From Phyllobates terribilis (lineage: Eukaryota): DNA of 64,000 bases. The notes under the pieces were generated by a model. It saw only the letters and a list, made by a program, of their open reading frames with translations. It was not told the origin of the DNA and made no database searches. Position numbers and translations under genes: made by a program. The first letter of the stretch is position 1, and every line of letters begins with the position of its first letter. The stretch lies in contig NW_027362762.1 in assembly GCF_046119375.1 (NCBI RefSeq), positions 516,646,001 to 516,710,000 of the forward strand. Reading direction: 5' to 3'. This document shows, one piece after another, positions 34,393-45,138 of the stretch.

Positions 34393-37300
34393 TATATACA
34401 CCAGTCTAAGTGTAACCCTTGTGATGTATACAGCAGGGTGTTAGTGTATCCTATGAGATATATACAACAGGGCCTCTATGTATCTGTATCCTATGTGATG
34501 TATAAAGCAGGGTTTTGGTATATCTTATGTGATGTATATACAACAGTATGTTATATTTATAAAGTCATTGTATCCTATTATTTATACATTTTTATTCTGG
34601 TGCATATGTATGCAGTAAACAATAGTCACATCACTATTCTCATTTTATTCATTATACTATTTTTGCATTTTTTTTGTCATCTTAATTATCATTGCATATG
34701 TGTATACAGGGATGTGCGTTTATACATCTCTCTTATATCTACCTTCGTATATTTTAATTATATACACCCACTTCTTTAATGCGTTTTTTTTTTTAAACAG
34801 CTTTTTCTTGCTATGGAAAACATCTTACAGCATTGCCAAGCTGAATGTCGTGGAAAAAATATGGGATGGAGTGAATAAGATGTAGCCAGTATAGATTTTA
34901 GTCGGCAGTCATGGATAAACAGATGACCTGAGGCCATGTGGGTGGACTTCAGGTTTTGGAAATAAAGATTATTATGTGGTATGGTTCAGTTGATGATCAT
35001 ATAACTTGTGACTCCAGAATGTGTAATATTGCCATGTCTGGTGTGGAGCCTCTAATATCCATTTTATTCCGTAACATAAATAACACTGGTATACATCAAT
35101 TTTGGTGACGCAGAATAGCAGCTGATCTTTGTAATTTTTTGTGTATTGAACCAAATATCATATCCATTTATTCCAGTCTTGGTTTTTCACACATGTTGTT
35201 CTGGTTTTCGATAACAGCGCAATTCAGCTTGCGTTTATCGAGTACAAGACGAACATCATATGACAGTTTGGGCACCACCAGTCTGCAGGATATGTGTTCA
35301 GAATAGACAGTGGACAAAAGATAAGAGGGGAAAAAAAAAGGCTCAGATTTGGTGTTCCAAAGGCCTAGCTAGAAACTCAAAACCATGGCTGCTACTTTTA
35401 CATGAAAAAAAAAAGGCACTGGCTTTATATTCAATGAAGTCCCTAAATCTCCCCTCAGCACTAATAAGGCCGCTTACTCACTGAGTCTTTTTCCTCCAGA
35501 AAAATGGCACCTGCACAGTAGCGTCTGTTACTTGCCAATAGATGCTATTGCGCTAGCGCCGCCATTTTACTGGAGGAAAAAGAAATTTGCCTGAATCAAT
35601 ATGGTGCCTCCGGCCACGCTTGTGCAGTAGCATCTCTCGGCAAACGAGCTGCTACTGCGCATGCGTGGGCGGTGGGGCTGTTTTGCTACATGTAAATTTC
35701 TAGATTTCTACCACATTTACACAGCAGTATTTAAGATAGGAGGCAGGTCAGTGAAGGCACACAGTGACCTGTCAGAAGCCATACAGTGGAATACATAAGC
35801 AGAGCACCACATAAAGCACCTCCCCAAAGGCCTTTCCGTAGCACGAGCATATTCTCAGGAATGAAAATAAAGATTAAAAAAAGAACCACAGCACACTTTT
35901 CATCAACAAAAGGTATCATTTTATTCAGTGTAATGTCACCCACCTGGCAGTGTATGTGGTTTACTGAGCACAATCCTGCTGACAGGTGCGCTTTAAGGGG
36001 AAATATTTAAAATGGTCTATCTGCTTGAGTGACGATTGTATAGGACTTCTAGTTGGACACCACAGCCATCACTCGATCAGAGCACTTAACTCAAAGAGCT
36101 GAGAGCAATTCTGCCTTAAGAACTTCTTTCAGAGCAATTGCAGAAGCAGTGTGTGCCAGAATTAAACTTAAATTTTTCTCATTAAAACCATTATTTCCAG
36201 AATCAAAAAAGTTATCCCACACATCCATAGTACAGCGGTCCTGGATCCTCATCTTAAATGAATCAGAGATGCACATGCTCCACTCCATTCATTGTCTCTG
36301 GGACTGCTGGAAATAGCCCAGTGCTGTACTATGCTTTCACCAACAGTCCCATAGACAATGAATGAAGTTGGAGGTCAAGCTTGCCTACCTCAGCTCCAGT
36401 TAAGGCAGGGTTCTTCACAGCCTGATTTCTGGGATCATTGGGGATCTAACCATTATGGGTAGGGGATAAAGGGTTATTCCCAGAATCAACTCAGCTTTAC
36501 CTACTGCCAATCTACCATTTTTCTGAAAGTGAAGCTCTCTATAACACCGCCCACACCACTGATAATGATTATGCTCAATGTACAAAGCTGCCAATCAATC
36601 ACTGGTGGGGGACAGGGTAATAAGGAGCTCATGAATATGGAGGACTACATAGCAATAGACATAACAGTTATTTTATCATAACTACCACAAGCCACCCAGT
36701 AAGTGACACAAGGCTGGAATCAGGGTCTATGTCTCTACATTATGCTGCTCTCATATTAAGTGGCAAAAACCTGGTGACATTCCTTTTAAACACAGCTCCA
36801 TATCCTGCCAAATCGCATACAGCTCCAGTTAAAACTACTGACAAACTGTCTTTAAATCAGCTTATTCAGCATATGACTGTAGAAGGTTTAGATTGCAAAT
36901 GCAACATTACGCTGAATGGAAGGTTTTCAATGTCCTTATAGTCCATGCCACATACCATTCAAGCTCTGTATGGAAAAAAAACATGGTAATATTTTAACAT
37001 AATTAACTAAATATACAGAAGTGAAAACTCTAATTCCAAATAGCATCTGACCCAGCGGGAAAGCCATTTACACTTTGCCTAAGCACACAATTTCTAGCTA
37101 ACTGCCAAAGCAGCAGAAAATAGATAATAAAACTACCTTTTACTTTCTAGCGGGTTTTATGAGATTTCTAGAGCAGGGCTTCAAGCTTTTTCTACTGGGA
37201 CCTAAGCAGACAGATCAAAATGATGTATGTTCCTCACCAGCTGCAGTGAAAGTCAATACCAAAATAGCTTTATTTTTTCATGTGTTTTTTTCCTGCATGA

Positions 37301-37485
37301 AAATGCTGACCATGGCCAGAAAACAGCAGTGAAAATTATGAACGTTTCATGCATTTTTGCTGCTAACCCATTTTAATCTCAATGTGGAAAAACTTTAAAA
37401 AATGCACCATAGGTCAAATAAAAAAATTAAAAAAGTGTGAATGAGATTTTAGAAATCTCATTCATTTTTCAGTTAGTTACTGTAA

Positions 37486-37814
37486 GGCTGTGTGCCCACG
37501 ATGCGTTTTTGGTGCGTATTTGCAGTGCGGAAACGCTCCAGAAACGCATTGCATACCTTATCCCATGACATTCTGCAAGTTCTGTGCACATGGACAGGAT
37601 TTTTTCTGCGCAGATTTTACTCGCAGAAAAAATACGGACATGACCAATTCTTGTGCGTTTCGGCATGCGTATTTGTCTGTACAATGCATTGGAAAAACGC
37701 ATGGCAAATATGCATGCAAATACGCGTCAAAAACCGCATGCGTTTTTCTGCCAAGGAGATGTAGAAATGCTCAGGAAAATTTCGGCTTCATTTCTGCATC
37801 GTGGGCACTAAGCC
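37486..37814. mobile_element. Harbinger/PIF-like MITE; related copy at 50220-50868
   Basis: TAA|GGCTGTGTGCCCACGATGC...GCATCGTGGGCACTAAGCC|TTA. Confidence 0.7.
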
Positions 37815-38421
37815 TTAAACATTTTTTTTTCCCCCACAAGAAACAAAACGGATCAAAGAAGCTAAGTGTGAACAAGCCCATTTTCCTTTTTTGGTTGATG
37901 AACACAATAACATAAGAAAAATATAAGTGAACTATATTGCTAGAGATTGCAGCAGTCATAGAAAGGGCAATGCAGCATATCATCTACGAAAACTGCCTCA
38001 TCAACAACTCGCTGGTGAGGCCAACCTCATAGTTTGAGAAAAACTGATCTAGAGGAAGAACAGGAAGAAAAAAGATCCTAGTTACTTACCGGTAACGGGA
38101 TTTTACAGAGCCCATGACAGCACCACCTGAGAGAGGGTATCCGCCCACCAAGGACAGGAACCTACTGAATAAAAAGGCGGTACCTCTCCTCCGCATCAGT
38201 TTTTTGTTTCAGAGCATGAGAGGGCCTCCGAAGACAGGTTAATACATAACCACCACCTCAACATATGTACTAAACACCTTAAAAAAAGTGCACACCACAG
38301 TGATAAAGGGGAGGGAATTAATAGGGTGCTGTCATGGGCTCTGTAAAATCCCGTTACCGGTAAGTAACTAGGATCTTTTCCCCTTCTCCCATGACAGCAC
38401 CACCTGAGAGATTTATAGAGA

Positions 38422-39705
38422 TTAAATACCAGAGGGAGGGATCACCGCTTGCAACACCCTTCTACCAAAGGACAGATCAGTAGAAGAGGAAAGGTCAAGA
38501 CGGTAATGTTTGTAAAATGTAGCAGGGGATGACCAAGTTGCCGCCTTACATATAATGTCGATGGGCACATCCGCCTTCTCAGCCCAGGAAGCAGCTACCG
38601 CTCTGGTGGAATGGGCCTTCAGGTTCTCAGGAACCGGCAGATTGCTAGAAGAGTAGGCTAAGGTAATAGTATCCCTGACCCATCTAGCTATGGTCCCCCT
38701 TGTAACCTTAAGTCCTTTCCTAGCCCCCTGAAAGGATATAAATAAAGCGTCACTCTTTCTCCAGGCTTTTGTCACTTCCAAATACTGGACTAACACCCTC
38801 CTAACATCTAAGGTGTGAAGCTTATATTCCTCAGAATCCCTAGGATTAGGATAGAAGGAAGGGAGAGTGATTACTTGCGTCCTATGGAACTTGGAGGCTA
38901 CCTTTGGAAGATAGGCCGGGTCTGGTCTTAAGATTACTCTATCCATACATACTTGAGTGAATGGATGGTTAATGGATAGTGCGTGTAAGTCACTGACTCT
39001 ACGAGCTGATGTCAGGGCCACCAATAGCGCAGTCTTTAAAGTTAAGATTTTTTCTGAAACCTTCTCTAAGGGCTCGAAGGGAGGTTTGGTTAATGCTTCC
39101 AGAACTAAATTAAGGTCCCAAGGAGGCATTCTTGGAACAGGAATAGGTCTGGATCTATGACAGGCTTTAATAAATCTAATGATCCATCTATTTGCTGCCA
39201 AGTCATAATTATACAGTGCCCCCAGAGCAGATACCTGTACCTTAAGAGTACTGGTGGCTAGTCCCATGTTTAACCCCTTCTGGAGGAATTCTAGTATGGC
39301 CTCAATAGGAACCCTCCCTTTGGCAGACTGACCCGAGGTAGACAAGAACTTAGCCCAGGTTCTACCATAGATTCTAGTTGTTATCGGCTTTCTACTTGCT
39401 AGAAGGGTAGTAACAAGATCTGGAGAAAACCCCCTTTGCGTCAATAGCGACCTCTCAAAATCCAAGCCGTCAAATGCAGGCCCGCTCTTTGGGGATGACA
39501 GACTGGGCCCTGCCTGAGGAGATCCGGGATGTCCGGAAGAACCCATGGATCTGCTTGGGACATTCTCTTCATCCAAGTGAACCATGGTCTCTTGGGCCAG
39601 AACGGGGCGATCAATATAACCCTCGCCCGTTCCTCTCGGATCTTCCTCGGGATAGTAGGGATCAGTACTAAAGGGGGAAAGGCATAAGCTAGAGTGAAAT
39701 CCCAC
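38422..39705 (-). CDS. DIRS tyrosine recombinase (C-terminal part of ORF3)
   Basis: SARRVSDL (R), AHSTRA (HxxR), ATWSS...FYKHY (catalytic Y). Confidence 0.9.
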   Translation of the reverse strand: MGFHSSLCLSPFSTDPYYPEEDPRGTGEGYIDRPVLAQETMVHLDEENVPSRSMGSSGHPGSPQAGPSLSSPKSGPAFDGLDFERSLLTQRGFSPDLVTTLLASRKPITTRIYGRTWAKFLSTSGQSAKGRVPIEAILEFLQKGLNMGLATSTLKVQVSALGALYNYDLAANRWIIRFIKACHRSRPIPVPRMPPWDLNLVLEALTKPPFEPLEKVSEKILTLKTALLVALTSARRVSDLHALSINHPFTQVCMDRVILRPDPAYLPKVASKFHRTQVITLPSFYPNPRDSEEYKLHTLDVRRVLVQYLEVTKAWRKSDALFISFQGARKGLKVTRGTIARWVRDTITLAYSSSNLPVPENLKAHSTRAVAASWAEKADVPIDIICKAATWSSPATFYKHYRLDLSSSTDLSFGRRVLQAVIPPSGI

Positions 39706-41504
39706 TGAATCTGCAGCGCGTCAACCGCAAACGCCCCCTCTTTTGGATTCAGGGAGCAAAAGGTTTCGGTCTTCCGATTGTGTCTGTTTGCAAACAGATC
39801 TATCTGGGGCTGTCCCCACCGATCCACAATCTGCTGAAAAACGGCTGGATTCAACTCCCACTCTCCTTGTTTCAAGATGTGACGACTCAAGAAATCGGCC
39901 TTTATGTTCTCTTCCCCTTTTATATGCAGTGCCGAGAGCGTAACCAGCCGACTCTCGGCAAACCTGAAGATCTGATCCGCTATTAACATCAGAGGGAGAG
40001 ACCTGGTACCCCCCTGATGATTGATGTAGGCGACTGTTGATCTGTTGTCTGACATTATCCTGACGTGAGGACCCTGAAGAACAGAACTGAATTCTTTTAG
40101 CGCGTTTCTGGCTGCCAACAGCTCTTTCATGTTGGAAGAGAGGCTTGTCTCGCTGTCCGACCAGAGGCCTTGTACAGAACGATCCCTTAGGTGAGCTCCC
40201 CAACCTTCCGCACTTGCGTCTGTTGTAATTGTATCCGACACCTGGAAGGTCCAAGGAACCCCCAAAGATAGGTTGACCGGAGATGTCCACCAGTCCAGGG
40301 AGTTGATCACAACATCTGGAAGAGATATTTTCCCATTCAGGCGACCTTTGAGCCGCCTGTCCGCTGCCAGAATCTCCTGTTGAAGACATCTGGAATGGTG
40401 CTGGGCCCACTGAACCGCCGGAATGCAAGACGTCATTGTACCCAACAGAGACATTGCACTCCTCAGGGTGATGGTCGGATTGCTGACAATCTGAGATGTT
40501 AGGGATCTGATCTTCAGTTTCTTTTCCTCTGGCAGAAGACAGGTTTGGTTTTCCGAGTCCAGAATGAGACCCAGGAAAGACTGAACCCTCTTTGGTTCCA
40601 GCCTTGACTTCTCCAGATTTAACAGCCAACCTAGGCATCTTAGACTGGCCATGACGTCCGCCAGGGCTAGAGCACAGAGTTGACTTGATCTGCCCACTAC
40701 TAAGAAGTCGTCCAGATAAGGGATGACTAAAATATCTCTTTCCCTCAAGTGCGCTGTGACCTCCAGAATGATTTTTGTGAAGACTCTCGGCGCCATGGAA
40801 ATGCCAAAGGGAAGAGCTGCGAACTGAAAATGCCTTACGTGCCTGCCGAATTGTACAGCTACTCTTAGAAACTGTTGATGATCTGGCAAAATCGGGACGT
40901 GGTAGTAGGCGTCCTTCAGATCGAGGACGCACATAAAACAGTCCGGAAATAACATCTTTATGGCTGATTTTATTGTTTCCATCTTGAAAGGCCTGTAGAT
41001 TAAATGGTCGTTCAGTCTCTTTAAGTTCGCAATGGTCCTGAAGGAGCCGTCCGGCTTCTTTATTAGGAAGAGGGTCGAATAGAATCCTCTTCCTTGCTCG
41101 GGTGCAGGTGTTTCCACCAGAACTCCTTTCCTGAGCAGAGAGAGAACTTCCTGCTGTAAGGCTATCTGTTCCACTAAACCTCTGGGGGCTGATATTTTGA
41201 CAGTGTTCTTGGGCCTGCTCTTGAACTCTAGTGTGAGCCCCCTCCTGATTATCCCTAAGATCCAAGAATTGGATGAAATTTTCTTCCAGGCAGGCAGGAA
41301 GTGGGACAATCTTCCTCCCACCTGGGGGGAACTGTCACTTAGGGGCTTTCTTATTCTCGGAGGAGGGACCCCCAAACATGAAGCCTCTGCTATACGGCTT
41401 TCGGTCTTTCCAGCTACCTTGGTCTCTGGGAGCTTTACTGCGGCTGTATTTTCTCTTCCGAAAGGAACTGTTAAATCGGGAACCAGACACCGTGGGAAAT
41501 CCAT
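39441..41504 (-). CDS. DIRS RT / RNase H / methyltransferase-like ORF2, 687 aa, intact
   Basis: LDLKDAYYH, LPFG, PYLDD; TTDASAEGWG, ELLA, SDN, ADFLSR; C-terminal IDLFA...AYAFPP (MT-like). Confidence 0.95.
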   Translation of the reverse strand: MDFPRCLVPDLTVPFGRENTAAVKLPETKVAGKTESRIAEASCLGVPPPRIRKPLSDSSPQVGGRLSHFLPAWKKISSNSWILGIIRRGLTLEFKSRPKNTVKISAPRGLVEQIALQQEVLSLLRKGVLVETPAPEQGRGFYSTLFLIKKPDGSFRTIANLKRLNDHLIYRPFKMETIKSAIKMLFPDCFMCVLDLKDAYYHVPILPDHQQFLRVAVQFGRHVRHFQFAALPFGISMAPRVFTKIILEVTAHLRERDILVIPYLDDFLVVGRSSQLCALALADVMASLRCLGWLLNLEKSRLEPKRVQSFLGLILDSENQTCLLPEEKKLKIRSLTSQIVSNPTITLRSAMSLLGTMTSCIPAVQWAQHHSRCLQQEILAADRRLKGRLNGKISLPDVVINSLDWWTSPVNLSLGVPWTFQVSDTITTDASAEGWGAHLRDRSVQGLWSDSETSLSSNMKELLAARNALKEFSSVLQGPHVRIMSDNRSTVAYINHQGGTRSLPLMLIADQIFRFAESRLVTLSALHIKGEENIKADFLSRHILKQGEWELNPAVFQQIVDRWGQPQIDLFANRHNRKTETFCSLNPKEGAFAVDALQIQWDFTLAYAFPPLVLIPTIPRKIREERARVILIAPFWPKRPWFTWMKRMSQADPWVLPDIPDLLRQGPVCHPQRAGLHLTAWILRGRY

Positions 41505-43051
41505 GTTTTTTGTCTGCGGCTTTATCTAGGATGTCATCTAGACCTTTGCCGAACAAGAAGTCCCCCTCACAAGGGATTGAGCACAGTTTAGACTTTGACT
41601 GCACATCTCCTGGCCAGCTCTTGAGCCATAGCGCCCTACGGGCTGCATTAGAGAGGTTTGCAGACCGGGCAGCCAGCCTAACTGAATCTGCCGATGCATC
41701 TGCCAGGAATGCAGCCGCTCCCTGCACAAGAGGAAGGTCTGATAGAATTTTCTCCCTGGACACATTCCCCCTGATCTGGTCTTCCAATTGTTGAAGCCAG
41801 ATCATCATAGATCTAGCAGTGCAGGTCGCTGCTACTGCCGGTTTAAGGGCCCCTGCTGACGACTCCCAGGTTTGCTTAAGGAAGGACTCCGCTTTTTTAT
41901 CCAGCGGGTCTTTTAAGGCTCCTAAATCCTCAAAGGGCAGAGTGGATTTTTTTGAAGATTTTGAAATGGCCACGTCAATCTTAGGGGTTTGTCCCATTTA
42001 GCCGCATCCTCATCCTCAAAGGGGTACCTCCGCTTGGAGGATGACGGCAGCTGACCCTCTCCGGTTTCTTCCATTCCCTTTCTATCAGAGATTTAATCCT
42101 GTCATTGACCGGGAATGAGCGTCTCCTCCTTTGGTCTAAGCCCCCGAACATAACATCCTGGACTGTTCTGGGCACTTTGGTATCGGTAATACCCATAGTC
42201 CCTCTGACGGCTTTAACTAGTCTCTCAGTATTATCAACCGAAAAACAAGGTCTGCCCCCCCCATTATCATCCGAAGACTCCGATGACGATGAGGAGTGAT
42301 TAGAGGAGGAAGGCAGTTCTCTCGTAAAACGGGACTCCACTGATTCCTCTGATTCTGAAGAAACTAGTTTTCGCTTCTTCTTTTTGAGTGAGGTTAAGCC
42401 TCTTAAAGACTCTCTGACCTCTGTCTGGATTAGATCCTTTAATTCTAAAGAAAACCTGGGGGACTCCTCTGCAATGGTTTTCTGAATACAGTCTGAGCAT
42501 AGGTTTTTGGCATAGGAGGTGGGAAGACCGATTTTGCATAAAGCACACTCCCTGTTTTTATTTTTAGCACTACACTTCTTCGCCTCCTGCCCCAAGAAAT
42601 AAAAGGAGAAGAAGGAGGAAAAGAGAGAGAGAGAAGAGCACATTATTCAAGGTGAGACTGTCACGAAGATCACTCACCACACTGCCGTTCAGACTAGGGT
42701 ACCGGAGGCGGTGGTTGCCGTTCACATGAGGGCTCCCATCTGGCGGAGGTGGACTGACGAAGTCTTTTCTGACCAGTCTTGCCGGAACTCGTACGCCCCT
42801 CACTGCTGTGACTTTGTCGATGGGAAGATTCCCGTTCCATTTGTTTGAGCTGCTTGCGCTGCTTTGATGGCTGTGGCTGCTGCTGTACTTCCTGTGGCGG
42901 TGACAGCTGCTGCCCAGGTGACTGCGGTTCCTCATTCATCATGGCGGGGATGCAGACACCGCCATCCTGATTGCTCCCCATCCTTAAAAGCAGTAGGGCT
43001 CCACCTCCTTTAGGCTCCTCCCCTTCCGGCAGCGTGCTCATCTCTCTTTTT
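41335..43051 (-). pseudogene. DIRS gag ORF1 (Cys-rich CALC...CSDC motif), with a putative intron and two 1-nt frameshifts
   Basis: Pieces 42694-43051, 41981-42586 and 41335-41997. EWKKPE...KRRYPF...W...PKIDVAI...LKDPLDKK...RRALWLKSW...PCEG..LFG is typical DIRS1 gag. Confidence 0.8.
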
Positions 43052-43079
43052 CCTTTTTTTTTTTTTTTTTTTTTTTTAA

Positions 43080-43500
43080 TTTTAGCCAGCTGGCGCGCTA
43101 CCCGCAGATCCACCTGCTTCTGCGCATGCGCAGCCCAGCGGCACCCGGCGCGCTTGCAGCGGGATGACAGCTTCCCACCCGCGCATGCGCAGACCCGGTT
43201 TCCGGCGCACTCCGTGATAGGGCGCGTCAGCACCCCGCGCGTGCGCAGCCCGGACTTCCGGCGCGCTCCGTCAGAGGGTGCGACGCGACCCCCACGTGCG
43301 CAGCCCGGAAGACCTGCCGGCCGGCGCGCTCAGTTCATCTTTGCGAGGCGCAGACCCGGCCGCAGGCCCCGGCGCACGCGGGGAGGCATCCGAAGGAAAA
43401 CAGCACCTCCTCCCCACACGCAGACCCGGGCAGCAGCCAGACGGGCTGGGAACAGGGACCATCTGCTGCTTCCACGGCCTCCAGGCCGCACCGTCCATAA
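43080..43500 (-). promoter_or_regulatory. CpG-rich 5' leader of DIRS with repeated NRF1-like and ETS-like motifs
   Basis: TGCGCATGCGCA at 43121, GCGCATGCGC at 43181, GCGCGTGCGC at 43237; ACTTCCGG near 43254; CCGGAAG near 43305. Confidence 0.5.
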
Positions 43501-43775
43501 TCCAGGTACGTGAGGTACCACCTGGTGAGGCTCCCATCAGGGACAGGAACCAAAAACTGATGCGGAGGAGAGGTACCGCCTTTTTATTCAGTAGGTTCCT
43601 GTCCTTGGTGGGCGGATACCCTCTCTCAGGTGGTGCTGTCATGGGAGAAGGGGAAAAACATCATTTCATTAAGTTTTAATTAGGCTGGTCTGGCAGGAAA
43701 TGCCATTTGGACCTGGATCTGCTAAATTAAATACCATCATACATATACTCTGTGGTTTACCTGAGGTTTATGAAA

Positions 43776-44205
43776 AATCATGGAATCATAGAATGTTAGA
43801 GCTGGATGGGACCTCCAGTGTCATCTGGTCCAACCCCCTGCTCAATGCAGGATTCACTAAATCATCTCAGACAGATGTCTGTCCAGCCTCTGTTTGAAGA
43901 CGTCCATTGAAGGGGAACTCACCACCTCTCGTTGCCGCCTGTTCCACTCATTGATCACCCTGTCAAAAAGTTTTTTCTAATATCTAATCTATATCTTCTC
44001 CCTTTCAGTTTCATTCCATTGCGTCTCGTGTTTCCACGTTTCCATGTGCAAGTGAGAATAAGGATGATTCCTCTACATTGTGACATCCCTTCAGAAATTT
44101 ATAAACAGCTAGTAAGTCTCCTCTTCGCCTTCATTTTTGCAAGCTACACATTCCCAGATCCTTTAACTGTTCTTTGTACGACAGTTTGCAGTCCGCTCAG
44201 CATCC
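43776..44205 (-). mobile_element. 5'-truncated CR1 LINE (end of ORF2 + 3' UTR)
   Basis: Minus strand gives (S)YKEQLKDLGMCSLQK*RRRGDLLAVYKFLKG and ends in the CR1-type TTCTATGATTCCATGATT tail. Confidence 0.85.
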
Positions 44206-44498
44206 AGCGCATAGACTACGTCCTGCCCATGGATTGTAACAGCTCATTTACATAATAAATTTGGATTTCTCTTGAGTAAGATATCGGACCACAGATAATC
44301 AAGGTATCATTTTATTAATTTTTCTTTTAACTACATGTCCATATAGACCACTTAGAAGGGTTGACCCTACTGACAGATTACCCTTAAACTATCATTTACA
44401 AGCATGTCAAATCACAAAAAAAAAAGAACCACCACTTTGTGATGATACACCTTGGGTTATTAAACAGTGATTTTTAAAAAAATACATTGTGTGGCCAC

Positions 44499-44758
44499 TA
44501 GGAATGAGAGAGCATGTTCAAATACACAGCTATCCGTGCGTGCTTGGGTTCGGATAGAGGAGCCAGCGTGCTCGAGTCAAATGCGCGGGTAGCAGCGGCC
44601 GCCTGTATCGTGACTGATCGCATGTTTAGCAGCAGTATATCAGCCACAATACATGCGGCCGCAGCTACCCGAGCATTTGACTCGAGCACGCCGACTCCTC
44701 AATCTGAATCAGACCACGCTCAGAAATCTCCATATCCGAGCATGCGCGCTCATCCCTA
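44499..44758. mobile_element. hAT-type MITE
   Basis: TAGGAATGAG...CTCATCCCTA termini; 8-bp TSD GTGGCCAC/GTGGCCAT; long internal palindrome. Confidence 0.8.
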
Positions 44759-45138
44759 GTGGCCATGTTATTTATGGATCGAAAATTCGAAACTCTTCTT
44801 CCATGTCAGTTAAGCATTGGTTTTAAAAGTACCAGTAACTGTAATATAAAATCTACATCAGTCTTTTTGATCCTTTATTCTTCACCGGTATTCAGAGGGA
44901 CCAAACTTTTACAGAAGTCCCTCAGTGACAACTAAAAAGCTGCACAAAGGCAGAAATACAGTCAAAATAAGCAATATTCACTCATCCACTTTATCCAGTG
45001 CTGCATCTCCCATTGGGCTTCTGCTTATATCAACTGCAGCCGCCACATCTCATATACCCCACGTGACAGCTGCTGCCCATCAACTGTCAGCAATACAGGG
45101 CACAAGATTGGGGAAAATGGGGATGCAGCATGGGAGTA

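Larger units (their letters stand above)
38071..43656 (-). mobile_element. DIRS1-type tyrosine-recombinase retrotransposon, apparently full length
   Basis: Identical 94-bp ITR cores (38111-38204 vs 43552-43645). ICR at about 38325-38411 is complementary to both ends. Gag, RT/RNase H/MT and YR ORFs are in DIRS order. T-runs at both junctions, no TSD. Confidence 0.97.

Noticed and set aside
42971-43679. Arg/Pro-rich ORFs on both strands over the DIRS leader
   Set aside because: Expected in GC-rich, stop-poor promoter DNA; no domain features.
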